Assembly: GCA_038496445.1 (NCBI GenBank)
Contig: JALMLS010000225.1
Coordinates: forward strand, 1-64,000
Reading direction: 5' to 3'
Source of the DNA: Trichosphaerium sp. ATCC 40318
Lineage: Eukaryota > Protista > Tubulinea
Length of the DNA: 64,000 nt
The notes under the pieces are model-generated. The model ran no database searches. It was not told the origin of the DNA and saw nothing but the letters and a program-made list of their open reading frames with translations. The position numbers and the translations under genes were made by a program. This document shows, piece after piece, positions 25,001-39,219 of the stretch. Every line of letters begins with the position of its first letter. Position 1 is the stretch's first letter.

Positions 25001-27421
25001 TTTTAAACACACAGTTGTCGACAGTAACGTTGATGTTCAAAGTGGCAATACGGATACCTCCTAAGAAGAAAGAAAAATATAAACACAAAGTTCTACGGTA
25101 GTGTTTCTTAAAATATTCTTACCTGCAAAATCAGAGGCTGTATTATTTTCAAAGTGAATATATCGCATTACTACATTTTCGTTTCGCTCCTGTACGGTAA
25201 TTCCAGTACCGTCATCATTCGCAACATTGTGAAGCATCTTCAAATTCATCATTGTAACGTTGTAGTTTTTTTTCCAAACGTATATCCCAGCACCATCTCC
25301 ATTTACCTGATTACCAACAAATACAGAGTCTCTTATCACCACATCATAGTTATTTTTGAAAAGACAAACTCCAGCTCCTCCAACTTCAGTAACAATATCT
25401 TCAAATAGATTTCTTTGTATCAAAAAATCAGTACATCTTTCGAGGTAGACACCACCTCCCCATATAGTCGAACCTAGCCTAAAACGCAATAATTTAATGA
25501 CCTGAATGCATAGGGTGATTAGTTTGACCTGAATGTGCAATGTTCAATTACACCACCTGAGCTTTCAAAAATCGCAATATGTGCTAAGGTAGAAGTAAGA
25601 ATTAAACAAGAAATCGGTTTAAGTTTTCATTGTACCTCCTCCGTTATCAGCTATCCACGTGTTAGCCCAGTTATCGTCGAAAGATGAATTTTTTATTGTG
25701 ATATCACTGGTAGACTTGACGTAAATCGCTCCACCATAGAGATCAACCTTATTGTTCGTAAAGTTCGAATATTGCACAGTTACATTATTTCCTGAATGAA
25801 TGTATATGCCACCACCAATCTCTCCTGTATGGCCTTCAAAATAAAGATGATCCAATAGAAAGTTGAGGTTATTGTGGATATATAAAGCTCCTTGAATATT
25901 AATATTGCTCCTGTACGACATTAATATTAAACCTTGACAACAATAATTTAAATGTATACTCACCTGAAAGAGCTGCGTTCAACGATACCGCTCGTAAAAC
26001 CTTCAAGATATACAGCTATGTCATAGATTAGATTAAGGTACCCAAATTTTAAAACACTTCGTACTTCCGTCGTAAGGGGTAACGTTTGCCTCAAAGAGAC
26101 TGTTCCGCACGTGTACTGTTGTATCTTCATTTATGTTCGCACTTGCATCTATGAAACAATAAACAATCGCTACAAATTCTCGGAACGTACATATTGCTGA
26201 ACCGTAATTAGCGGATCCTTCTGTAAAGGTGCAGTTGTCAACATTTAAGTCCAAACAGTCTTCGCAATACAAAACACCTTAAATTATCGTTAGTAAGCCT
26301 GACTGTTACAAAAAAGAGGTTCAGTATGTTACCTTTATCTTTGACTGTATTGTTTCGGAAGATACTATTCACGATCATCCCTCGGGACTGCTTCATATGT
26401 ATTACACCGTTACCATCTTTTGACAGAACAGAATTACCAATAAATTGAACACTACAAAGTACTTGTAAGCGGTTAATGAATGTAAACTCAGTACTTTGTT
26501 AAAGTTAGAACGGATCTGTCAAGGTTAATGATACCACCAGTTTCTTCCACTGAAGTTTCGTTTGCAGGGATATCACAGGAGTTATCAACAATCATACAAT
26601 CACTATGTGAAAGGAAATAAGATCACAAAGTACAAACCAAAAAAATCACGTGCGAAAAGGCAACACTGCATCCCTCGTTTGCAAATAGAACAGCAGCTCC
26701 GATATTCTCTACCTATATCGTCAAGGTTAATTAGAAAATAATCCAAACGAACTCCGCACATTAACTGAGCCTGTGGTAGGCTCGGTGTACTAAGAGTTAT
26801 GTAAGTAATATCCTGTGACTCAAATGACGTGTACTTCGAAGGTCGGAAAGTCTCTCGGACATGACGCCCTTGCGAAAGTGATATGTTCGAAAGAAAGGAA
26901 GGTGGGAACGTCAGAAATAATATCGCTGTTTCCACAAAATGGAATAGCAAACATATAATTTTCATTTTCGCCATCGATTATTGTATTGCCATTAGACGCA
27001 CCTACAAGATCCAATTAACGGCCTATTTTTGGCAAAAAAAATTTAGAGGTTTACCTGTTATGGTTATACCATGCAGCGATGAGCTCACAGGCCAGTGAAG
27101 TCGCGTATTCTCCGGACCTGGTAAAATTAGCTTTTATATTCAACGTCCTTTAGAAGCCTACCTCTGTACGTTCCCGAAGCCATTTGTATGGTATCGTTGG
27201 GATTAGAAGCAGTTAAAATAGTATATCTTAAAGAAAGGCACGATTGATTTATATCGGTACAGTCCCCAGTATCAACGCCTTTTGGTTATATTGTCAGCAC
27301 GTGTTTTTTTTGTTTTTCAGTTTTTCGTACCTGTTGTACTTACGAAACGCCGAGTGCCGTAAGTTAGTCTCGATATCGTTATTATTAGCACCAACACTAA
27401 GGAAGATGCTATTGCTTTCAT
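22084..27421 (-). CDS. Class C (family 3, GABA-B/Grl-like) GPCR with a large right-handed beta-helix ectodomain and C-terminal coiled coil (multi-exon)
   Basis: Signal peptide MKAIASSLVLVLIITIS at 27421; PCxSL...TIQMASGTY cap; repeated GG(A/G)IY and FxxN motifs; 7TM_3 motifs ILRASTREFLVVILVG, AKTYRIKRIF, VRKVPSLYNESRWMAAVIYN, MFVPKLW; heptad tail. Confidence 0.82.
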
Positions 27422-27719
27422 TGCGAATATGTTAATTGGGTTTTATTGTTTTCACAACACTCGCGGAGTGATTGACATTCAGGGAACACAAAAATGTGAT
27501 TGAACGGTCTCATAAAAAGGCCGATAGGAGTTTGATACATGCAATTTATAGGTGTACGGTTACTAGAAACACTTATTAATTCGCGATTACTTGTGGAGAT
27601 CAATGACTATCAATACAATCTAAATACAATCGTACACCATTTTAATGAATTCCAAATGAATTTGAATTCATGTGTTGACTTCGTAATTGCTCTTGTTCAC
27701 TATGATGTATTTTTATAAG

Positions 27720-29569
27720 GATGTGCAACTGTGATTAAAGGAGTCAAGACAGCTTCCTTATACTTTGCTCACACACAAGTAGTACGTAATGAAGGTGTGT
27801 CGGCTAATAAAAAACAAAATCTTATGACAAATTTGTAATGTTAGAGTCGCTATGGGACTTGAAAGCTCACTCAAGGTATATCTGCTGGAAGAGGCGGGAG
27901 TATTAGGTGACTCTAGTATAGCCACGTACATATTTTGTGTATTTTAAGAACACTTATGTGAAAGTATTGATAAATTATTTATGAATGCTGCTTGGGTGAA
28001 CCGCACAATAATGGTTGTAAAAAATAACAATTGTCTTTCATAAAAATGATACGTTTCTACGCGTTGTTCGAAGCACAACGTTATACTCAACAGTAGTTCA
28101 CAGACCCACAAGACTCCCGGAAGTTTCTGCAGGGCTTATATTGCACTGAATTTGGTTGTTAGTCAACAAGCACGCGCACTATCACGCTATACGCTTCAGA
28201 AACAACAAAACTGTATTACTACACTCCCATTTCGGTAATTATGAAGTAGCGGACCTATTTACAAACCAATTAGTGTGCACCCTCACGCGACAATCACTAC
28301 TTACGCGATAAATAACGCCATCCAAAATGTGTTCTATCACGTGGAACTAATTGCCAAACTCAGAGGTACTTTTCTTGAGGACATATACAACTGGGGTTAA
28401 CTTGGCGTTACAGTTAGTGACAGAAACCAAATAAAGTTGTTTTTTGTTTCAAATGATATCCGAGACAAAATAGATTTTATACATTGTAAAGAGCAAGCTG
28501 CCCACTCGGCTATAGCACCTGAATATTTACCTTTCGATACTTGCCACTAGGGAACAACAAGTATCGGTTAGCTACACGTGATCTATTATCTTTCAATTAC
28601 AAGGTTAGAGAATACATCTCTGGCGTAAGTAACACGTGCATTCTCTTACTTAATTTAGACAAGCACGTGGAAAAAGACCGAGAAAGAAATTCAAGAGTTT
28701 ATTTTTATTGCATTACAAAGGAACAACATGCGTTCATACTTTACAGCAGTAGTATTGATTTTCTTTGTCTATGGAACCCAATTGGTGTACGCTGAAAGTA
28801 CGTTCCTTGCTACAAAGTCATTGCATGTTGACACAATCTAGTTTCTGAAGGTGATATTGGCACTGCGTTCCTTTACATACTAACAGATGAACCAACATGG
28901 AATAGATTTGAGAATGGATCTTCTAAACACCCAGGCGGACCCCCACAGTTTGCTGTTAGCGATACAGATCCACAAGGAAACGAGATTTTTTACACTTACC
29001 CAAACGTCACGTTGTACGTTCAGTCAGCTCAGTTTTTTTAAAACTAATAATACTAGATTCCTCTTTGATGCTGGCACTGATCACTTTCATTTCAAAATCC
29101 ATCACTCAAACCGCTCTGATAACCCAAGTGTAAGGTTAAAGCTAAGAGCTGAATTTGAAAAGGCAGACACAGGAATAACTAGTACGTATGATCCTATTAG
29201 GGGTCGGACGACGTTGTCATTGATAACTCCATTTATTGAAATTCTGTTTCTAGATTTTGCTGTGGGCTCAGAAAATAGCTGGGGAAGCGTACCTACTAAC
29301 ATCAAGTTTGACTCAACATCTTTCGAGTACATATCATACTTTTTCTTCTTACAAAGAAACTAATGCTTCTTGTTAGGTTTGAGCTTGAGGGAATTCCAGG
29401 CGATTTAGGGCCATCAACTGTTGCTACTATTACTTTTGATGTAGAATCTACACAACCTGTATCTCCTACAGCCCAGCCAATCTCCCCGCCAACATCTTCT
29501 AGTGCTAGTATCAGTTCGAGCCTATTGTGTATCATCTTAGCCTTTATGTACTACGCATCTTCAATGTGA
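27720..29569 (+). CDS. Hypothetical surface protein, possibly GPI-anchored (start uncertain)
   Basis: Spliced exons across about 28450-29569; Ser/Pro/Thr stalk then hydrophobic tail SSASISSSLLCIILAFMYYASSM*. Confidence 0.4.
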
Positions 29570-30012
29570 AGCAAAAATTGTGATACTTGATAATACGGCC
29601 CTGTGAACTTAACGAAATAAAACAAATAATTAGCAATTGAAGACACATCACACATGTTCTATTACATTTCTCTGAATGTAGTGTACACATCTTCGTTTCC
29701 TATATGCTTCGTAATTCTGTCGGTTTGTGCTGTTCAAAATTGTCAACCTTGAGACGGTACCAGTCTTATAATTTGCCCTAAAGTGATAGAGGTCGAAAAA
29801 AAAAAGACTTGTTTTGCTATCAGCTGTGGCTTGCAACAGCCTACGGCGTTTTCATTTTTATAACGGCGGAAGTGTTTGAATACTTGTTGTTGACACTTTA
29901 CGTAGCAGAAAGTCACGTTTTAGTGAGACAGTTTTACGTATGACTTTGACTTAACGCAAAAACTACTTTGCACTTGGAGGTAAAGTGTTTTACAGCGTGG
30001 AATTATAATTCG

Positions 30013-32834
30013 ATGAATCCTACTATTTTGGCGCTTCAGAAGGACTACAAGTACCGCTCATTCTTTAAACTGTTCTCTTTTGCTTAACTTTCGTAAAACA
30101 GTGTCGGGGAGCGTCTTTTGAAGTGTTTGTCGCGAGCTGACAAGATAGGCTGTTTAAATGTACGTTTTTCCTTTACAACCTTCTCACCATACTCTCCTAC
30201 GCGTTTAGATCATTTAACAAGCATTAACGTCAATTAAAGCAATTTATTAACTACCCTACGCTAGGAAGCTATGAACCATCCAGCGACTCACTACTGCCTA
30301 AGTATAAACAAAAAAGAGTACGTAGAGCTTTTTTGGCTCACAGTCACATAAATAGATGAGGTTTTTCAAATAATTTTTTCCAGAAAAGCATACTGTGATT
30401 TTACGTTGGTCTTGCCTGCAGAAATGTCAGTACAAATATTCATTTATACTCAATACTCGTCTAAATCTATGCAAGGTGCGTGTATACCTATAATATAAAG
30501 TGTTAAAGGGCACATAAAAACTCCTTCAGGAACCTCAAGGAGGCATTCTTTCTTCGCAACATTAACTTTTGTTGATTTTTTTTTAGTCTGCAAGCGCTGG
30601 GAGTGGTTCATAAAGACATATGCTAAAATACGTTTACTTAATGATCGGTCAGATCTTACAGAAAAAGGCCCATTATATAGATGTCTAAATGTTAATATAA
30701 TCGACTTTTCATTACACAGTAGCACACATGATATGAATGTAAAGTACGTAAAAAAAATTTTCTGAAACGAAAAACAGTTCATTTATTTTCATGGACAGTA
30801 GTCAACCCTACGCTTCTATTAAGTCTACTACGTTCTTGATATATTCCTATTAACGATTAATACTTCAAAACGAGGATAATTATCAACTCGTAATACCTGT
30901 GACAACTTTTTGTAGTAACTTTGTCGACTTGTCTTATTTTTTTCTGAGGATAGAAAGATGTTGTACATTTTGGATTGTTTACAAAATTGTCCATTAGAAC
31001 TACGCAGAGTTTGCTTCAATTTCGAACTAGAAGAAACCCTAATGGAAATGGTAGTACCAAGTATACCAAAGCCATTTCATCATCAAATAGACGCCTGGAG
31101 AGTACACCCTTTTTTCCTCTTGTTCTGTTTCTCATTTTTTTCCTAAGGTATATATGGACTCCAAATGGTTAGAAAATGCTTCAAATAACCTTCCTGGTCT
31201 TTCTACATTATCTATTCATTGTAGAAAAGGAGACGATACTAAGTTATTGCTCCTTAAGCGATTTACAAAGTTGTGTGACCTAAAAATTGGCTTTAATGAG
31301 AAAGGATTTGCAAAAGAACTCACAGATGCATGTAACAGTTTAAGTAAATTGACATCATTCTCAGCACTCAGCTCAACAGAAAATTGGACAGGTAGTTTTA
31401 AATACATTAAGAGATTAAGAATGGAGTATTGCCACGTTGAAAGCTTATCACGTGTTTTTCCAAACCTCAAGTATTTGGAACTAGCAGATGTATCCGATGA
31501 AGATATTAAAGAGTACGCCAAATACAGACACTTAATTACTCTTTTTGAGGGATTAGATAACACCACAATGTAATCAAACGTAGAGTACTTGGTTATAACC
31601 TAGTGCTTTCGTACACAAGCATGTTGTACCTCACACAACCAGACTATGAAAAATTTAATTTTCTATGGTTGAATGTTATGTAGAAATATCTGTAACTACC
31701 TCCCTCACCTCATTGATTCATTGTGTTTTTTACTATCCTATACCAAGCGACCAACTTAAATCAGTTATACTAATTTTTGGATTGTAGGCTTGATGCTATG
31801 TTGCAAAAAACAGAGATAGAAGGTTTGAGTATTTCTTTTGAAGAAATATCACCAACAATTGTATTTCCTTCTTTATCAAGTTCACTTGTATCTCTATCAA
31901 TTGGTTTGAAAGAAATGAAAGATTTTGATAAACACGTAGAGTATTCTACTCTAGAACGTTGTAACAAGCTAACTTGTTTAATGGTACAAGAGGATGCAGA
32001 CCTCAAGAATGGAGATTATGGTACCTATTTTTACTCATTTTGTTTCTTTTTTATTTAATCGTATTTCATCCTCTCTCGCTTGCACTTTTCTGTGGTTGTT
32101 CTAGATGCTTTTAAAATTAATCATAGTAGATAAACAATGCTCACCAATCATGCTCGTTGATTGACCAGTAAAATCATTGTTGTTTCTTTTTTTTTTGTTT
32201 CTGATTTGTAAGTATAATTCTTTGTTTTTAGGAACATTGTTAGACTCCGTGGCTTGTTTTCCAAACCTCAAAAAACTGTATATAAGTAGCATGGGGCTTA
32301 ATTGTCATTTGCTTGATAAAGTAACAAAGTATGGCGAATCGTTGCTACCTCAAAAAATTCTACTCCTTTTGTTGCAAATTACATTTATCACTCATCATGT
32401 TCTCATCCTTTTGACTTTTTGTGTGAACCTCTGTTGGGTCTTTACTTATATTCTATTTTTTTAGCCTTGAGAACTTGACAGACCTACATGTTGGCGTACG
32501 AGATGAATATTTCAGCAAAGAAATGTTGGATAAATTATCTCTTGTACAAAAGTTTACATGTCTAAAGAACTTGAGTATAACTACATACTGCATGGAGTGG
32601 CTAGAGAAAGATATATTTGACATGTTTCATCCTATGACATCTCTTCGTCTTTTAAGTGTTTACCCTGTAAAGTATGAAGAAAAGGAAGCTGAAGCATGTG
32701 GAGATCTGTTTAAGATTGCTTCTGTTTTTGGAATAGAATGTGAAAGTTTCCCTGTTAGTGGTAATACTGTAAAGTACTGTCATGATCCAAACTGGCTTGA
32801 AGATATCAACGAACCAATTGGAATACAATTGTAA
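30013..32834 (+). CDS. Intron-containing F-box / LRR (FBXL-like) protein
   Basis: CDFTLVLPAEMSVQIFIY F-box at about 30395-30450; LRR strands LPGLSTLSI, FTKLCDLKI, FPNLKYLEL, FPNLKKLYI, FTCLKNLSI. Confidence 0.72.
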
Positions 32835-33245
32835 CTTTTCTAACAAACAAACAATAACACAAACCAACTCTGTATTTTGTAACATGTAAAAAAAACAATA
32901 AAATAGCTAAGATTTGCGCATCGTTTTACCCTGTATAACAGCCAAAGGAAATTGTATGATTTGATCGCTCTTTTCCATAATCCACATTGCAATGACGTTA
33001 GTCTGGTATGATAAAGATCTCAGGCAAAGTATTGTTACAAATAAGAATAACAAAAACAAAGGGGTGACTAAATGTACAAGGTGTATTCAAAAAACATTAA
33101 CAAAAAAGAAAAAAACAACATCTTAGTTGTGCATGTGTACATTCACACTAACACATAAAAATTTCCAAGACGTCTTTGTAAGCATTTCTCTTGTTTCTTT
33201 TTTTTTTTGAAAGTTGGTTCATAATTTTTTTTCTTTTGTTGTTGT

Positions 33246-36200
33246 TTAGACATCGTCGTCATCATCACTGAAATCGATATCAACATCATCATCAAAATCT
33301 TCACCAGTGTCCTCGTCATCAGTCCCACCAAAGTCTTCGTCACCTTCAGAGTCACTACCGTCAAAGAACGCCTCATCATATGTGTCTTCGCCTTCAAGAA
33401 TCAAAATCTTGGCAAGTTCAAGAGGATTCGCTTCGTTCAATTTCTCTTGATCTTTACCGCTTCCCTTCCATTTTCTCACCTTTAAAACATTAGCACCAAA
33501 TACTACAACACCAAAATGACATACCTTTAATGTAGCTAATCTTTCTAGTATACCATCACGTGCCTATTAAAAAAAGGCATTTAGTGGAAGTGTAAAACAA
33601 GAAAAAAAAAACAAAGCTACATACAGATTTATCAGTGTATCTCAAGGCCGCCATATGAGCAAAGAATACAACCATAATAGGTGTGTCCATTACATGGAGC
33701 ATATTACGTATATGGTCATCCACAAGATTAGCCATTTCCCTGATAATCTAAGCAAGTACAATTAATAAACTGAATAAAAAAAAACAAAACAAACAATGCC
33801 ACGTACACCAGGGTCTGATCTCGACTCTATCAAAGACACCATGAGAACTAATTTCTCGTGTGTCGTATATTGCGCTTCTCGCATCATTTCATGCAAGTCC
33901 TCTAGCTCAAATGCCATATCATCCTAAACAAAGGACATAAATACACAATTCAAAGAATCTAAGCTTGCGAACCTTGAGTTGTTGATCTGTTTCTGCAAGT
34001 GTTTGTAGGCTACTTTTGAGTCTTCTACGTAGATCCTATAATAACCCCATAAGCATGTAAAACGTGGAATAAGAGTAAAATCGTACATCAATGGTTGCAG
34101 AGTTTGGAACACCTTCAGCATAACGTTTCTCGATTTTATCGAGTTCACGCTTAATACGTGCTCTCTTCTTGCCATAAAAGACGTCTTCGAACGTCTGGTG
34201 TTGAATAGGACGATCACTAATAAGAAGGTTTTCCTCTGAAAATAAATCATTAGAGCTCTGGAGATAAAGATGGCTCAAAAATACAACATACCAACACATC
34301 CTCTAAAGTACCATTCAAAATCTTTAATTCTCTTATTAAGCTGAGCTTTCTCTCGCAAGAGATTTTCTTTTTCTTGGCTTTCAGCGTATAACTCTTCTTC
34401 AAGAGCAAGAACCTAATAATACCAAATGTTATTACAAGAGGAGAACCAAAAAAAAAGCAAACACGTGCTGATTTTCGCTAAGAAAAAATAACTTACCATA
34501 TCTTTAATAAAATGTGTATCTTGTCGTAGCTTCTCTTTAGCCTCCTGTAACGTTCTTTGAGCATGAAATAGTTTATTCGATAGAATATCATTATGCTCTA
34601 ATATTTGTTTGCGTTCAGCCAACCTATAAAGAAACATTAACGAGAGAATCCAAAAAAGTACAAAAAACCAAAAAAACTTACCTATCAGTTAATTCATCCT
34701 CAACATCCTTAAGAGCCTCTTGGGTAATGTTCAACTCTTGTTGCGTCTATAATACATTCATGAGCTTAACACAATAATAGCCACTTCGTACAATACGCAA
34801 AGTATACTCTGTATCCGCTAGAGACTTTGTAGTAGAATTTCTCTGAGCCTTGGTATTAGTGTGTTCTAAGGAAGAATGTTAATCAAAAGCAAAACGTCTA
34901 GCTAAATGTTACCTTCTCCTCGGGAAGTTAGAAGATTTTGAAGACGTTTTACTTCCTCTTCAGAACGCTTCAATGCAGACATGAGATTAGAACCACGATC
35001 TTGAAGTTTTCCAGCATTCACATTCTGTTTGTTGCTAATATCTTCAGCACGCTTCAATCTCTCTTGTAACTCATTTCTCTCTTGCTCCAAACGTTCCTTA
35101 ACATTAATAGCTTCTTCACTACATCAAAATCAGACCAACAAACGAGATAGCAAACCAAAAAAGTAAAAAATTCAACCAGCTGTCACAGTGCGTACATTTC
35201 TTTTTGAGACATTTTTGCTGTCTTGAGCAGCTGATGAATATCCTTGTAACCCTTCTGTTTAACTTGATCTCTAACTCTCATCCATTCTGGTTTATTAGCA
35301 TCCTCAGGGTTTGCTTGAGCAACAGGACCAGACGATTCTCTGCTAAGAATCTCCACTTTTTTGCTAAAAAGTCGAATTAACTTGACACATTCACTGAATT
35401 AGCCAGCATTAATGGACGTACTTCAACTTCGATAATTTTTCTTTGAGCGTCTTAATAGAGTGATTCGCTTCATTTTCACGGCTAGCAATATCATCTCTAT
35501 CTGTAGTAACAGTGCTAAGTTCTTTACGTATGTTCGCAATTTCAACATCATGCTCCCTTTTCATTTGTTCGATTGTGCTATTAAGCTCAATAAGCTCATC
35601 GCCTTTCTAAAGAACACGTCAACGCCAATTGACCATCAACTGAAATTTCGTCAACGCACCATTGTCAATTCATTTGTTTTGCTCTCACAATTTTGTATAG
35701 CAGCTTCTAACTTGTCTTCAAGCGTATGAACCTCTAAAACACAAACAAAGTAAGCGATCACCCAAAAAAAAAATTGCAAAAAGCACCAAAAGAAAATCTC
35801 ACCTTGTTGTGCTTCTTTAGCTTGCTCATCCTTATTGTTCAATTCAATAGTCAAATCATCCTTTTCTTGTGTGATATGTTCCACTTCACGAGTCAATCGC
35901 TCAATCTCATCAATCTGTTTATCACTAGTAGTTGTTCTCTCATCCTCTAAGTTACGCTCCTTCTCCATACGTTCTTCTTCAGCAACCTCACGTTGTGTTC
36001 TCTCAAGTTGTTGCTTCTCTTCCATGGCTTTAATCGCTTTAACCTTTGCACCATGCTCTGTAAAGAGCCTATCTTTCTCATTACGCTCACGCTGGAACTG
36101 ATCAAGCAAGTCTTCATTCTGACGCCGGAGTTTGGTTACAAGATCACGAAGTTGTGTATCAAGGTTAACAAATTGATCAACTTCCTCCCTTGAAATCCAC

Positions 36201-37403
36201 ATAGAACCACCTTTTGACGATACTTCAATATCACTTTCAGCATCGCTTAAAATCTCTTCGCTACCACTCAACGCCCCACTATCTTCAGCTGGTTTTGGTA
36301 TATCCACTAGAACAGTTAGATAAGTATAACTCATTCTACAGTTTAGACAAATACTAAAGTTACAAATACTCACCATTAGCTGATTTAGTTTGGATTGTTT
36401 TTTTCTTTGGTTTGTCAAACATATCGTCCAATTGGTCACAAGCTTCGTCTAATACTTCTACTGAAGGAGAAGATACAATAGATGTAAGAGAACGAGTACT
36501 AGACATAGAGGTAAGTCCTCGTCTGGAAAAAGAGCCAGTAACAAACTCGCCACCTAACAAAACGGCATTAGACTGCAATACTCTTAAAAAACCTCTAAAA
36601 ATATTCAACGTAAAACGGCGTTAAAAAGAATGCATTCAAGCACTTCTGAGCATTTTTTGTTCAAAAAAAAATACCTCGCTCTCTGACTCTAAGAATGACA
36701 TGCTTCTTTAATCTGAACAAACGATCTAGCTTCTCTCCTATACGTTCCAATAGCTCACTTTCATTGTCAAATGAATCTGTCACTGATAACGACCGGTGTG
36801 TCCGGCCTAAGGACTGTCGCGAACCCGTACTTTCGTTCACTAGCAAAAAAAACAGTCAGTAAATAGCTTGCAACGTTTTAACTAGCGAAAGAACAAGCGT
36901 AGAAACGGAAACAGACATGTTTTATAGATAAAAGAGGTTAAAACACGCACACTTACCATTTCTCTTTCTTATCTGTGGTCCTCCTGCGTTCTGTCTGCTT
37001 TCAGGTGTACTACCGACAGATACAAAATTAAAATCGTCTCTTGGTGAGACTACAGGTATGTTAGTTTATTGCTAAGATTTCAAAGCATAGATTTGCTGTG
37101 TGTCGAAACGGTTAGAGCTGATTTCGCCCACTTCGGGAAAATAACTTGCGATAAAACTATTTAATTGGTTCTTGGTAACGTACGCCCTGGTGTTCTGCGG
37201 CCTTGCACGCGCGATCTTTTGTGTCTTTGTCTCCTCTTAACTGCAAGACGTGCGCTACGGCTGGGATCGTAGTTTACACTACCAGAACGCTAGGATAGAT
37301 TAGAAAACTGTCTGGTGGTAATAAGCCTTACTTTTTGTCTTGCTTTACTCGCTGCTGGTTTAGGAGGTCCAGACGCATTGTGAGAACTATCAGGTGTGCT
37401 CAT
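33246..37403 (-). CDS. Large coiled-coil protein with low-complexity N-terminus and acidic C-terminal tail (multi-exon)
   Basis: ATG 37403 (MSTPDSSHNASGPPK); long E/K/Q/R heptad exons (35651-36439, 34902-35090, 34413-34637); D/E-rich terminus. Confidence 0.7.
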
Positions 37404-37771
37404 TTGATTTAAACTAGCCCAAAGCTACGTTAGTACTACCAGTATTGTTAGCGAGCGCGACAGGTGAATTAGTGATGCGTTTAGATAAAAATGATGGCTG
37501 TGAGCAACGTTACGGCTGATTATACCAAAAGGCGCTAAGCAATAGCAAATCGCTTGTTATGACACAGAATCAAAATATAAAGAGCAGGCATAATTAGACT
37601 TATGTTCTAACGGTAGTTCTTGGTACCTCAGAATGTGTTTGCTATGCGCACCATAGGAGTGTAACGTAACCGCACTACAATTGACTTGACCCAAACAACA
37701 CTGGCACAACTAAAGTGGTAAAAAAATACCTGAAAACGGAATTAGTACAACTGGGCGTATTCTTGCGAGAC

Positions 37772-39219
37772 ATGGAGGGTGTGGCACTTGATAAGAAACA
37801 ATTACCACTGACACTAGATGCCATTGATTATTACCCTGGAGAAGCGTATAAACACTTATTTGCCTGCGCCGCATATCAACTTGAAGAAAGCACACAACAG
37901 AGAAAAGGTTTACTGACTTTTTGGAATACAGCAGAAAATACTCTCGAAAAGGTGCATGAGGTAACGTCTCTACCTGGTATTCTTGATTTGAGTTGGTTAG
38001 CGCGTTTCTTTATTTCAAAATTGTAACTGTCACACAGGCATGATAATTTATTGGCTCTGGCGCTATCTTCTGGAGAAATACGCACGTACAGCGTAGATAA
38101 ATCAGATAAATTTGAACCCAGCGTAAAGCATAACCTAGCTTCCCCGTTTGGCGACGACATGGTATGTATACGCCTGTTACGCATAATCTAACAGTACGCA
38201 GACGCTTTCAGTTGGCTGGAACTCTTTAGGCGGTATTTGTGCGTCTTACCAATCGGGTGGTTTAGCTGCTTGGGATGCCACCATGGAGGTACCATTAGTG
38301 CTATATTTTCACAACAAACCACTAATCATTGCCAGAAATGCGTTTGGAATAAGCCAAAAGCGCATGGCTTCGAAATATGGGCGTCACACTTTGATGCTAC
38401 GGACACAAACATCATATACTCTGGTACGAGGCAGAGGACAACCATTTCTTCTGTTTTTCCTTTTTTTCGACCCAACCACTACGAAACTTTTGCTTCTATC
38501 TCATGGATACGGCCATACAACCATGAAAACTCCGTGTCTCTTTCCGAACCGCGAAGATAAGCATGGTATGGCCCTGCCAGTACTTGGGTCCGTGAGGACC
38601 AGGGAACGTAGGGTGCTGTATTCATTTTGCTTTTTTCTTTTTTATGCTGCGCAAGCTGATGTTCGTTTTTATGTAGGTGCTGATGATTGTCGCTTGAAGT
38701 TATGGGATACTCGAATAGGTGGTACTCCAGTACATGTCTGTAAGCACTATGATGTTGGAGTTACAGCTGTTAATTCTCACGCTGAGCTGCCAAACAGATT
38801 CGTTGTTGGAAGGCAAGTTTTATTTATTACTGTTTTTGTTAACTTGTACAATAGTTACGACCAAACTGTTACTATGTATGATAGAAGAACAATGAAAAAT
38901 CCATTGTCTAGTATTAGCCTAGGTGGCGGTGTTTGGCGTATTAGATGGCGGCCTGGCGCTAGTGTTGGTAAGTACTCGGTAGTAAGAGAAGGTAATAGCT
39001 AATTGATTTTTAGATGCTCTGGAGCTTGGTGTTGCTGCAATGCGTTCTGGGTTCCATGTTATACAACTAAACAAAGATTTGACAACTATAACAAGAAAGG
39101 GTGGATTCAAACATAGCGATTTGGCTTATGGTATTGGATGGGATCCAAATGAATCTAAAACTATTGCTACTTGTTCATTTTATGACAAGACACTTGGTTT
39201 ATGGTCTTGTAAATTTTAA
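37772..39219 (+). CDS. DPH7: Diphthine methyl ester hydrolase (WD40, WDR85)
   Basis: AHGFEIWASHFD...IIYSGADDCRLKLWDTR; HYDVGVT; GSYDQTVTMYDRRTMKNPL; LGGGVWRIRW; AAMRSGF; HSDLAYGIGW; ATCSFYDKTL. Confidence 0.9.
38505..38623 (+). rRNA. 5S rRNA: 5S rRNA gene nested in a DPH7 intron
   Basis: 119 nt; begins GGATACGGCCATAC; helix I GGAUACGGC/GCUGUAUUC; CCGAAC loop; box A-like GAAGATAAGC; loop E AGTA/GGAAC; followed by TTTT terminator. Confidence 0.93.

Noticed and set aside
38283-39002. 239-aa ORF in the track
   Set aside because: A chance read-through of an off-frame DPH7 exon, the 5S-containing intron and later DPH7 exons; not a separate gene.
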